Both the position numbers and the translations under genes were made by a program. The notes below the pieces were generated by a model, which was not told the DNA's origin, ran no database searches, and worked only from the letters and a program-made list of their open reading frames with translations. From NCBI GenBank assembly GCA_951406725.2, contig OX597814.1:36890001-36954000 (forward strand): a DNA stretch of 64,000 nt, given 5' to 3'. Positions 28,848 to 41,104 of this stretch are shown here, one piece after another. The DNA comes from Octopus vulgaris (Eukaryota). Within the stretch, counting starts at the first letter, position 1. Each line of letters opens with the position of its first letter.

Positions 28848-30909
28848 CGTTTGGGCTTGCATAGGTTTGCTTATGTGTGAGTATATATGTGTGTGTATGT
28901 GTGAATGTGTGTGTGTATGTGTTAGATATATTATTTAATCAAAGTTGTTTAATATCACCGTTTATTTATTTCTTCGCACACATTATCACATTTCTACACA
29001 TTTCATTTCACAGACTTATTTAATTACTGCATACTGTGAACAATTTGCTTCTTTTTAGCATTTAAACTATTCCGATAATATAATTTAGCAAATTCACCAC
29101 CCAGACTAATAGGTTTGGAAAAGTTAGCTGCAGTTCAATTGATTGTCTACATTAACTCTTTGAAGTAGGCAACGTGTTTCCAAACAGATATTTATCTAAA
29201 GAAACATTTCTGAAGAAATATAGTTTTGTACGCGTGGATCTCTGTTTGATTGGTTTTTAAGGGGAGTTTTAGTGCGAGTCTTCCGTAACACGTTGAGTAT
29301 AGATAATAAACACAAGTCTCATTTAGCCGAGTAAGTAGAATGTATAAATTTGATTTGATTTGTAATGAGTTCGTATTCTTATCTTCTAAATAATGCAGAT
29401 TTGGTAAAATTAAGATTCTCTTGTATCGATTTTATCTGGGAATCCGAAAGCTATATATAGCATTACCATCTGTTAAAAGACATGATGCCATAAATATATT
29501 ATTTCTCTAGAGTTTCAAAGTTTTAGACATGTTAAATTTCCACCTTTAAATATTATAAGTTAATTGGATTACCTGGGCATCTATTTTAAAAATCTGTATT
29601 GATCAAATGAATGGTTCACAATTCGATGTGAAGGGATTCAACTTACTGTACTGTTTAGAACTGATACACACATACTCGGCTAAAGGCGTGTGTTGCCACT
29701 CAAGAGTTCCGTTGCATTGAACGTTTCTTCAGAAGACTGCAATATAATAATGAAGTGGCAGTGAATTATTACAGTATGAAAAGCATTACTTTACTTCGCG
29801 AAATCCCACAAGTAACGGCGTACACCTCACTATATACTGTTTATTGAAACTGAAATTGAAATTACATGTTTGTTTCGCGGTTGAGACTTCACACTTCAAA
29901 TATTCAGAACTCACCTGAATGCTTGTAAATCACTGTAAATCTAGCTTCTACAAGCCATCTGTTCTGCCACAAATACCGAGTAGCTATGTGTCATTTCTTC
30001 CTATTCTTACAATTAACCATTAATTCATTGAGTCGCTCTAATAGTTCTCTCAAGTAGCTAAACAAAATCTCAGAGCTTCACAGGAAAATAGCATGCAGGT
30101 CCGTCTATTGCTTCGGAATAGACCAGTTAATATGACACCTTTTATTGTGTGATTTCAAAGTAGAAAAATATATTCAGCCAGCAATGTAGAAAAGTAAAAT
30201 TTTTCATTAACAAAGTAATGTTTATGAACATAGTTGCTTTTCTTGATCGAGTTATTTAGTATAAAATCCTTAGATTTGATTCCGTAGCATACCTAAATGA
30301 GGAAGAATGTTAATCGTTACTTCAATGCTATGTTTTAACAATTAACACCAGAGCATAGCCTAAAAAATATTTTCTTAAGTGGAAGACATTATAGTCTTGT
30401 GGAAAATACAGTACCTTCTTAAGTCCTTATGAGCTTATCAGTAATGGTATATTACCTTGCTTCTTTTTGCCCCTGGCAGGTTTATTCCAAGAACTGTTAC
30501 TTCCGCTTACTTTTCCTTTCCTACTTTCGCTTTCCTACTATTTTTTAGCTAAATTTCAGTGCCTGTCTGAAATTTATTGACTTAACTGTTTATTTATAGA
30601 TTTATTTTATTTCAACACTCTTTTTCTACGTTAAATATCGACGAAATTTTGTTCCTCTTATCTATTTCTTCTTCTATCCTTTTATTATTGTCCCCTCTCT
30701 ATAATTCTTTCTATGGTTTACATGACTTGCTTTCTATCTAATACTCTATTTAGAAGGAAACTCGATGTCATCAATGCATTTTGTTTCTAATTGACTAATA
30801 AAGGAAGTACTTAAGTATAATGTAATAATCTAACCACTTGAAATAGAAGAAACGCAGGGATTACATACATTTGAAATTGCATAATTGGTTTCTGTCTCTC
30901 ACACTCTCT

Positions 30910-30992
<83 letters not shown>

Positions 30993-31032
30993 CACATACA
31001 GAGATGAGAGAGAGAAAAGGAGAGTGAGTAAC

Positions 31033-31072
<40 letters not shown>

Positions 31073-31075
<3 letters not shown>

Positions 31076-31303
31076 AAAAAATAAGATGGCTAGCAGCAGG
31101 CTGTTTCGCCTCATACCGAAGGAATTAGAAATGGCAGTCAAAGACCGTTTTTCCATATTCTATAAGTGGAGAATCCAAAAACGAAGGCCCCTACGTTTTT
31201 GGATTCTCCACTTATAGAATATGGAAAAACGGTCTTTGACTGCCATTTCTAATTCCTTCGGTATGAGGAGAAACAGCCTGCTGCTAGCCATCTTATTTTT
31301 CTT
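31073..31303. repeat. Near-perfect palindrome: ~110-bp arms, 10-nt loop
   Basis: 31073-31183 versus 31194-31303: one substitution and one 1-bp indel. Confidence 0.95.
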
Positions 31304-31423
31304 TACTATATACTGAACCTTACAAAGGTCCTGACAATTAATTTGTCGTATTTACATACCGAAATTTACCGCTAAATAATTGTTGGTTACATGAAAAACC
31401 ACAGGAAAATTATTTACCATTTT

Positions 31424-31468
<45 letters not shown>

Positions 31469-32118
31469 AGCAAAACGAATTGAATGTGGAACCAATGGCA
31501 TGCGAGAAATAAAAACAACATCCCTGCTCATTGACCCGTGATAACTTTTGCCTCGAGAAGTCATCCAAAAGTTAAAGGGAGGTAACTAAATTGAGTTTAG
31601 CAAATTTGTTTGGCACTCAACAGTAGTTGAAAAAAGAAAAAGAAAGAAAAATGATCGACTGTGTATGAAATATGCATGATTGGTGTAAATGGAGGCAACG
31701 CCTATCAGCGGCATAAGGTCGATTGTGCAACCAAAGAAAAACAGTTTCCCACGGCTTTATCGATCGCATTCTCACCTGGAATACATTTTTATAATGTTTT
31801 CAAGGCTTATACACGCCCTCATACTGTCGGTATCTACATTTCAAATTTGAGCGCAATGGGACACACAGAGACAGAACAGAGTTTATATAAGTTATATATA
31901 TATCATTAATTCTTTAAAGAAAGCAGAGAATATACACAAAGTAATCATTTTTTAAATGTAAAGTCATACTGTAGTCTTACTTTTTGGCATACGTCACGTT
32001 TCGGCCTGTCGTTATTGTACATATTTGCACCTTTAAAGTGCAATAAGATACTACAAAACAATGGCCATTTATGGCCATATTAACCGCTATTTTTCACATA
32101 CACACACAAGCATATAGA

Positions 32119-32420
32119 GTGAAGGGGGCGTGGCTTCATAGTTATGGTATTCGGCTCTCAATCGTAAGGTCATGAGTGTAAAAATGCGGTGACTCGTTGA
32201 GTCCTTGAGAAAGACAGTTCATTTCACGTTGCTCTAGTCCACTCAACTGGTAAGATGAATAATACCTGTATTTCAAAGGGCTAGCCTTGATACGCACCCT
32301 AAAACTCTCAATTTTACTGAGAACTAGCTCCAGCGTACACATTTCCGTGGAATGCTCACCCACATGCACGTTCATTTCACGGACAGGCTGTTCCTTTGGT
32401 CGGATCAACTGGATCATCTT
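32119..32420 (+). mobile_element. Degenerate tRNA-derived SINE, family B (head and core related to family A, different tail)
   Basis: gtgaagggggcgtggct head and gtccttgagaaagacagttcatttcacgttgctctagtccactca core. Confidence 0.65.
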
Positions 32421-32483
32421 TGTTGTTTTCCTTCTCTACCTAAACATATGATCATTTTGTTGGGTTAAATAATTGCCATGTCA

Positions 32484-32515
<32 letters not shown>

Positions 32516-32563
32516 GCAATAATAAATCTCTGAACGAGATGTAAACAGTTACTGCTCGACAAC

Positions 32564-32746
32564 GTAAAGTATACTAGCCATCTCAATATGACTAACCACT
32601 AAGGGTGGGTGTTACTGTAGCTGTAACCATAAGAGCACAGAAAGTGTGCCTAAAGCCAGCTGGAGACGATGATCTCCTGGGGCTAAAATCTACAGTAACA
32701 CCCACCCTTAGTGGTTAGCCATATTGAGATGGCTAGTATACTTTAC
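32564..32746. repeat. 57-bp inverted repeats around a ~69-bp spacer (MITE-like or fold-back end)
   Basis: gtaaagtatactagccatctcaatatg..gttactgtag pairs with ctacagtaac..ggctagtatactttac, one mismatch. Confidence 0.88.
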
Positions 32747-33019
32747 TTTATATATATACAAAGCATTTCTTATGGTGAGCTAGATATCTGGGATCTGGAA
32801 GTATCTAATAATTTTTTCCCTAGTTTATTTTGTCGCATTGTCTTCTCTCCTATGCTGTATGAACATTTAATGGGGTTTGAGAGTCAAGTGTTGGCTGCTA
32901 TATCTAGTATAATGGTATTTCTTAGATACCCTTAATTATACATAATAATTATTACCTATGAGGTTTTTATTCCCATGCTAGCCAACTGATATGATCGGTG
33001 TTTTAAATAACGATCTTAT

Positions 33020-33049
<30 letters not shown>

Positions 33050-33055
<6 letters not shown>

Positions 33056-33440
33056 TTTGCTGTTTATATTTTGTACTGTCGTTACTGGCCTGTTTTTGTT
33101 ACCATTTTTACCCCTCCACAAAAAATCTCAAATTTTATTTAATTTTATTTTCGCGGGAAGGAAAGTTTTATTGAAGTCATGTATCTCCTTGACCTTCGAA
33201 AAGTGGAGTAGATGAAACTAAGGCGACTGAAGAAGGGGAATTTCCCTTGTTTTGTTTGTCCTGTACTCTATTTTTTCGTTGTCTAAAAGAAATGTCCATT
33301 TCCTTGTTTTTGTGTTTATGTTTTTGTTTCTCATTGTGTTCGACGCTTTTTTGGTGTCCTGTACCCATATATGCATGTATATATACATGTAGAGGTAGGT
33401 ACGTACATATATGTATGTATGTATGCATATGTTTTATTTA
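33050..33440 (+). mobile_element. Copy of the 21545-22483 non-coding family
   Basis: Reverse complement of 21560-21900 (gcgggaagga, gagtagatgaaac, tcctgtacccatat). Confidence 0.7.
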
Positions 33441-33446
33441 TTAATT

Positions 33447-33482
<36 letters not shown>

Positions 33483-33561
33483 TATATATTGTATATATAT
33501 GTATATATACATAGAGAAAAAAATCTATCAGAAAGGAACTCCATCTCTCTTTAAAAAATAT

Positions 33562-33599
33562 CTTTTGATAAGCATAACAAATGCGCAACCGGTAAAAAG
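33562..33599 (+). ncRNA. Minimal hammerhead-like motif (U3:A8 core, GCAA variant)
   Basis: cuu-UUGAUAA-GCAU-aacaa-AUGC-GCAAC-CG-GUA-aaaag. Confidence 0.5.
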
Positions 33600-34240
33600 T
33601 ACTTTCACCTAATTAAATACACTCTCCCTTACTTAAATTATTTTGTCAGCATTTTCTTCATTTCCTTTTCTTATATATATATGTATAATTTTTTTCTCTT
33701 CGACGACACACACTACCGTCAAAAATGTGGCATTGCGATGGGTACCAAGGCTGCACCAGTCCTTGCGAACATCATAATGGGTTACTTCGAACTGTCACTC
33801 TATGACATATCAAGCCAGAAATTTGGACATGTTTTCCACACCTACCTAATGGAAAACTGGAAAAGGTATTTAGATGATTGTTTCATCATATGGAAAGAAC
33901 CTTATGAAAAACTCCTGGAATTCAAAACCATACTAAACAACATACATCCCAACATCCAATTCACTATGGAATTAAGCAAACATCATCTCCCTTTCCTTGA
34001 TCTCCTAATTATAAAAACACCTAAGAACCAAATCATAACAGACATCTACCACAAACCTACAGACTCACAACAATACCTCCTCTTTAGTTCATGCCACCCA
34101 AAACACACCAAGACAAATATCCCTTTCAATTTAGCTAAAAGGGTATGCACCATTGTCTCGGATCCAAAAACACGAGAAATACGCCTTCAAGACCTCAAAA
34201 AAACACTATTACAACGTCAATATCCTTCCACCCTTATATA

Positions 34241-34512
34241 AGGGTAAAGACCCCCTTCGGTCATGAATGACCATGGGATTGCACCTAGAAAGTTACCCTC
34301 CTAGACACAAGTCCGGGCAAAGTTGTTTATGGAAGACCAGCAGTCGCCCATGCATACCAGCCTCCCCTCTCCACGCCACCAGTGTTATCCAAGAGAAAGA
34401 CAAAGGTCGATACAGCTTGGCACCTGTGACGTCGCAACTCATTTCTACAGCTGAGTGAACTGGAGCAACGTGAAATAAAGTGCTTTGCTCAAGAACACAA
34501 CACGCAGCCCGG
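34241..34512 (-). mobile_element. 5'-truncated family-A SINE nested in the PLE ORF
   Basis: Near-identical to 4261-4527 but lacks the tRNA head. TATA flanks both sides (34235-38, 34513-16), and the ORF resumes STLI/EYGIKRAK. Confidence 0.9.
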
Positions 34513-35841
34513 TATAGAGTATGGAATAAAACGCGCCAAAGAACTAGACAACACTACACTGAAAACCACCCAACCTAACACCACACACAACCTCAAAATA
34601 CTTCCATACATTTCCACCCACAACCCCAAAAATATCGAAGCATACACCACAATCATACAAAACCTCAGTCTACTGTCAACAGACCCAAAAATTAAAAACA
34701 TTATAAATACACACAAAATCCTCAAATGCAAAAGGTAACACAAATCTTTAAAAAACCTCTTGACAAATGCCAAACTTCACACACCACATCCACCCCCAAC
34801 AGTAAAAAAATGTGCACGCTCAAACTGTGGTACCTGCCCCTTTCTACTTGAAGGCTCTGAATTTACCTTCAAACAAGGTACGAAGTTTAAAATCAAGACT
34901 AACTTCTCCTGTTCCTCCGAGAACCTTATCTACGTTCTCACATGCGCTGGTTGCCAACATAATTATGTTGGACAAACGAGTCTCCCGTTACGTAAACGAG
35001 TAACGGTGCATAAAGAACAAATAAATCTCCCGGAATACCGACAAATTCCACTGAGTGACCACTAGACTCATGTGCTAAAGACTTAAACCCCAAATTCTAT
35101 ATATTCCCCTTCTACCAATGTAAAGACGGGATCACCACACAGGAGAGAATTAACAAGGAGAATCTCTTTATTGAAAAATTCCAAACACAACTTAATATGC
35201 AAACTCGTCGTTGATCAAACTTCCTTTCTCTACCTCACTCTTCATGGATGGACTAACACAAATATATAAAGATACCACGCATTCATCACTTCAAGCTAAA
35301 ACTTATATTCTTTAAATATCATTTTTACTATTGTTGTTATTACTATCATTTTATTATAAATGATATGACAATTTGAAATGCAATTGTCTATGCAGATTTA
35401 TATAATTAGAAAATAATATAAATAAAGTGTTAAAATCTGAAAGTAAAGTTAACAAGCAATTATATATAAAAGATAACGTAAATGAAGCTAAAATGATAAT
35501 TTTATAATTTGGGTTTTATTGAAGAACTCAAAAGAGTTGTCTCCCCTTACTCACAACACAGGAACTGAAGAACCAGAACCACAATTACTACTACTTCCTG
35601 TCCTGCAAACATGCTGAATTAAACAACACAACACATGCTCTTAATCCCTTTAGATCTTAACACCTCAAGGTAATTTTTTCGTGAACAACCATAAAACTCA
35701 AGATACACAACGAACTCACAATGTATCGGAGAACTTATTTTTTAATTTTTGTACATTTTTATCATTATTCTTTTACAAAAAACAATACAATTTTCTTTTT
35801 TTCCCCTTTCTAATTTTTAAAAAAACTTTTTAAAACATAAA

Positions 35842-35882
35842 TATTCTTGACAAGTCATACAATGACGAAAACCGGTTGAATA
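35842..35882 (+). ncRNA. Minimal hammerhead in the PLE 3' end (U3:A8 core)
   Basis: UAUUC-UUGACAA-GUCAU-aca-AUGAC-GAAA(A)C-CG-GUU-GAAUA, with one extra A. Confidence 0.65.
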
Positions 35883-35972
35883 AATATATATTTATATATT
35901 TTATCAATTTCTCATTTTATTAAAATTTTCTTTCATTTGAGCATTCTGCATTTAAAAAAAAATGTTTCCTTA

Positions 35973-36030
<58 letters not shown>

Positions 36031-36032
<2 letters not shown>

Positions 36033-36251
36033 TGAAAGAATGGAGTTGAACGACGAATTAACAAAATTCCTTTATTTTCGACATATGTTTCGAAGGATGC
36101 ATATTCCTAATTGCGAAGGAATATGGAGTATATTATGCCGCTTTCTCATCAGGAAAATGAAGGAACTTATGTCAACATCAAGATGCACAATAAACTTTTA
36201 GATGACTGCTAACACAGTCATCTAAAAGTCGTTCAACTCCATTCTTTCATA
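36031..36251 (-). mobile_element. ~220-bp non-coding element with 24-bp terminal inverted repeats and an internal hammerhead
   Basis: tatgaaagaatggagttgaacgac (36031-54) is inverted at 36228-51. The element abuts (TA)n. Confidence 0.75.
36067..36165 (-). ncRNA. Type I hammerhead ribozyme, canonical core, extended stem II
   Basis: UUCCUUCAUUUUC-CUGAUGA-GAA..UUC-GAAAC-AUAU-GUC-GAAAAUAAAGGAA. Stem I pairs 12 of 13; inner hairpin CAUAUUCCU/AGGAAUAUG. Confidence 0.88.
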
Positions 36252-36417
36252 TATTTATATTTAAAAAAAAAACCTACAAATTTCCACACGAAAGCACGTA
36301 ACTTCAAACGTGTCTTCTCTGATGTGAATTTGCTAGCCAGGTATCGGTTAACCGAATTATCCATAACAAGATAATTCATTCAACTACTCAAATATATATA
36401 TATATATATACACACGT

Positions 36418-36475
<58 letters not shown>

Positions 36476-36476
36476 C

Positions 36477-37657
36477 TTGGGTATATTATAAATAATGCGG
36501 TTTTTTATACTTCTTTTACTTTTCAAAATTCAGATAAACAAAGTTATTTTTTAATCATTTTCTACAATGCTCTTCCATCTATCTGGTACAGTTGCAAGGC
36601 CTCTCTTCCAAAATTCAGTTGTGCGTTACCAAAAATACACCTCCAGTACTATTCAACATAATTCATATTTTTCCTGTCTAAATGATTTTGAAAACTGCGG
36701 AATGAATGATAATCAGATGGGACAATGTGCGGCGAACATGGTGCGCGGTGCCTCGTTTACCATTCGAACTGCACCTGGCCTTTGGAATGTTATTCTCGTT
36801 GTATGTGGCGGAGCATTATACTGATGGAAGAACACTTTTCGTCTTGAAACCAAAGACGGTTGTTTTTCTTCTAGCTCTGACTTAAGCTGCTCAAACTACT
36901 CGCAGTAGATCTCCTTTGTAGCCGTTTAGTTTGTGTTTAAAATAAACAGAAAGTGGACTAAACCTTTCATATCCCACCAAGCAAATAACAACACATTATG
37001 TGGATGAAGACATCATTTAACGTGGGCGGTTGACATTTTTATAGAGAACTCCTTTCTCGTCAACAGCCACTGTTCAGTCCAAACAAGTCTCATTCGTGTG
37101 ATGTATCAGCAAAGAAGTGCAAACATTCAATCTCTGCACACGATCAGACGAGGAAAGTTTGTGATCCATTTTGCTGTTGACCCACTTTGCTGACTTTTCC
37201 GATGTCATGCAGGTTAAATGGCATGAAGGTTGAATGCATTAATGCATGGTTGAATGACCAAATCCAAGCTTCTTTACTAGTCTCCTAAGCAGTTATGACA
37301 GGATTTTGTTCCACCAGAGTTTGCAGGAGATCCCCTTCAAGTTCTGCAGATCTTCCAGTATGATTCTTGTCTTCTAAGCTGTTGTTACTGGTTCTTTTTA
37401 TCATCCGATCCCCACATACTGCATTGATATCCCTCGCATTTTCTGTTGCGTTGTTGCCTTTATTGAACTCATAAAACAAAATATGCCGAATATCCTTCTT
37501 TGTCACTTCCATTATATCTTTGAGAAAACTGTTAAAATCGTGCTGCACTCTTCAAAACTTGCACTATGAATAAGTACAAGCTAAAATTATTACCTGCTTT
37601 TGTAGGAAGTTGATACAAGTAGTTTATCCCACCCCTCCAACCTTTAGCTCATGCAGT
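36477..37657 (-). mobile_element. Decayed mariner (Tc1/mariner) transposon
   Basis: N-terminal HTH (IRHILFYEFNKGNNA..SLED..GR) in 37285..37548. Remnants NAPPHT and PCSPHIVPSDYH at about 36705-36820. One TIR-like end at 36477. Confidence 0.85.
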
Positions 37658-39921
37658 GTTATGAGACTGGATTATGATGTTCCCAGGTCTGGTTGGAAAA
37701 ATAAAGCATTAAACTGACTCGATGAAATCGGTATTTTCAGATTATATCTGTGGGATTGAATGTGTTGCTCATCACAATAACAGTGCACCACTTATTTTAT
37801 TTCTTCTCTTTCATGTGTTCCCTTTTTGTTTTGTTGGTTTCCTTCTCTACCTAAAAATATGATCATTTTGTCGATTAAAAGAATTACCATTTCATCTCAT
37901 TTTTTGTACTTGAATACAAAACACATCTCAATTTCTATTTTGATGAATACCAATGTGTTTTTGCATGTGATTATAGTGCCATTAAAATTGTTTCCACCAT
38001 ACTATGTTTACAATACATTTTATTGACTAAAGGTTTGGATTTCAATAGCATTGAAATGGCACCATGAATGCTACTCAACCACATGTCATTCATTGATTTA
38101 TTTTCACTTCTTGTCTTCTGTCTTGTTACTATTGTAGTCTCTGTTACTGAATAACTCTCTTTACTAGCACCACTGCACAAATTACATACACAAAATAACA
38201 GTATCTAACATAAATATATTTATAACTCACAATAAAAATGATTCGAAACCTCATTTCAATATTTCTCAAGTTAGGGAGAAAGATAATACAAAAACAAATT
38301 ACCTGCCATTTTGTCTAACTGAAAGTTCCAGTTGCAACAGCATCCATAAACGACAAATTATAATAATGTAGCAAAATAACCAAAATGGTCTTCTGTATTA
38401 TGTGTTAAAAAACCCAATTCAACATGCACTATTGTAGTTTGTAATTTTTTTGATTACGATATTATTTGCATTGATTCAAGAAGCAAGCAGAAACCCATGA
38501 ATTTTTCTCTCAGTGTCTAGTTTATTTTTCGCAAACGACTTCGGTCAGACTCCCGTTGGTGTACGGTAATCATGTTATTATTGTTATGTCAAAATATCTA
38601 CTTGTACAAAATTACTAATGTTTACTTATCCATAATATGCCACTACCAATAAATCCATTAACTTATAAATTTCGCTTCACTCAAGCTGAAAGACTAAAAT
38701 GGCGTGGGAGCCCCACAATGTAGAACAGTATGTATCGACTATGTGTATCAGTGCACGGATAATTACACAAACAACTTCCGTTCACTAATATCGTAAGATA
38801 CATAAATGATGTTTATTCACTAAAATCTTCAGATATAAGTATTTACTTTGAAAGACAACACTACGAATCACATTTATATAAGATTATATACACACCACTA
38901 GTTACCTCATCAACAAGGCGACAAAGTTATATAGCATCTTAGCATACTTTCAGAGACGCATCTCATATATTATGAAACTATGTTTTTCACCCTAGTAATT
39001 CGCGACTTCTTATTTTATCAATGCCGGAAGAAAGGAGTAATTTGTCAAAGGAGGAATTACAGGCAGCTGTAATCCTCAAAGTAAAGTAATTAGATGGTCA
39101 ATGAACTACTTTCGAAGTTTTATTAATGCTGCTAACCACACAACTTATATAGATAATAATAATAATGCTTTCTGTTATATTGCTTTGATCGAGACAATAG
39201 AATGATACACTGAAGCAAGCTGTTTCACTTGGTAATTGAACTTACAACACATACACGGTTGACTGTGCATTTAATATACAAAAAGAAATAACATATATTG
39301 AGAAAAACAGTGGATACCATCAGGGAGCACTGCTAACAGAAACAGAATATCAAACTGCAACATTTTTGAAGAACAATGGTAGAAATACATAGGAGGACAT
39401 ACAGTGAGCATGAAAAGATAAAACCAACGTCTGCGGTAATGCTTTCGAAATATGCTAAAATAAACTCCACAAAACATTGTTTTTCATTTAGTTTTTGGCG
39501 AAAATGTGTGAACACTAATTTAATGTCTACGAAATGTCAAATATAGGTGACAAAATCGGAATCTGTAAATAACTGTATTGTCTGTGTTAGAACAGGTTAA
39601 CTTAATATATCATTCTTCGGCATATTAGGAAAGTGTTCAGCAGAATTAGGAAAATGCTGAATGTAATAGATTGGAATATTTAGTTACTTGTTTTTATACG
39701 TTCCAACTCCCAATTACGTCTTTTCAAGTTTTTTTTCCCCTTCCTCTTCTGACGACATAATAAGAATCGATGATGTGCTAGAGTCGATATTAATATAAGT
39801 ACTCCCACCCAACATTTGAGTCTCTGTCTGTATATTAGAAATTATTTATACTGACTATAATCAAATTATGACATTATAAAGCTCAAAGTACAAAATGGTG
39901 AGTTCGGCAATATATATGCAC

Positions 39922-39990
<69 letters not shown>

Positions 39991-40030
39991 AATATGTGTG
40001 TGTGTGTGTGTGTGTATGTATATATATATA

Positions 40031-41000
40031 TAACGGGAAGATTTACGAAAATAAACAAAAGACGAGGGCAGGTGGAGTACAAACAAATAATGTATTAGTA
40101 TAGCGCTCAGGAATAGAAATAAAACAAGTCTTTTACGTTTCGAGCCTACGCTCTTCGGCAGAAAGATACACAGAAAAGAAACAAGGAGAGAAAAAAATTG
40201 CGTGTAGGGGCTAACGATACAACATGGGGCGTTTTGCTTTCAGAAGTCAGATATCGGAGGTCAAACGTTAGAGGTCAGACGTTAGGCGCTAGAAGGATAG
40301 TAGGGGTGATAACAGGGTCAACTGACCTCGCTCCAACCTGAAGGTGCGTGTGTGCATAAGAGAATATGTATGTGCATGTGGAAGAGGGCTGGTGGTTTGG
40401 ACGTATGTATGTATGTATGTATGTATGTATGTATGATTTGATGTGTAATGTCGTATGGTGTAGTGTAGTGTGGGGGAGAGTGAGAGGAGGAGAGAAGAGA
40501 GTGGAGTGGAGGAAGGGGAGGGGGAGAGAGTAGATGATGGGAGCGGGGGAGGAGGAGATGATGGGGGAGGGGATATGAGAGGGAGAGTGGAGGAGGAGGG
40601 GGAGAGGAGAAGGAAGGAGAGGAGGAGAATAAGATAAGGAGGAGGGGAGGAGAAAGAAGGAGATGAGGAGAAGGAAGGGGAGGAGTGGGGAGGGGAGAAG
40701 AAGAGGAGGTCGAGGGTAAGAGAAGGGGAGTGAGGGAGCAAAGAGAAAGAGAGAGGGGGAAGAGGGGATAAGAAAGAAGAAAGAAGAGGGAAGAAGTGAA
40801 AGGAGGGAAGGTGGGGGAAATAAAGTAGGGGTGAAAAGATGAAGGACAGAAGAGAAGTAGGAGTCGGGAGAGTTAGATGAAAAGGGGGGAGAGTGGAGAC
40901 CAAATGGCGTAAAAGAACGAAGAGAGAAGATTTATCTCTGTTCACGGTGCAAACGGGAAACCGGATGGCCTCTGTGCAAGGAGAATCCGAACACACACAC
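40031..41000 (-). mobile_element. Non-coding PLE-like element with degenerate minimal hammerhead and a long purine-rich tract, between TA/CA repeats
   Basis: Minus strand CCGAAGAgcgtaggctcGAAACGTAaaaga at about 40129-40158. GA-rich tract 40470-40895. Confidence 0.55.
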
Positions 41001-41002
41001 AC

Positions 41003-41104
<102 letters not shown>

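Larger units (their letters stand above)
33681..35975 (+). mobile_element. 5'-truncated Penelope-like element (RT, Cys-rich linker, GIY-YIG), disrupted
   Basis: Motifs GIAMGTKAAP, RYLDDCF, LPFLD, YHKPTD, CARSNCGTC and IYVLTC..YVGQT..RVTVH. Disrupted by a SINE at 34241-34512, TAA at 34736 and a frameshift near 35063; the frame ends at 35214. Confidence 0.9.

Noticed and set aside
29910-30020. Minus-strand exon ending in CAG|GTGAGT
   Set aside because: No clear acceptor or coding signal; isolated splice motifs are expected by chance.
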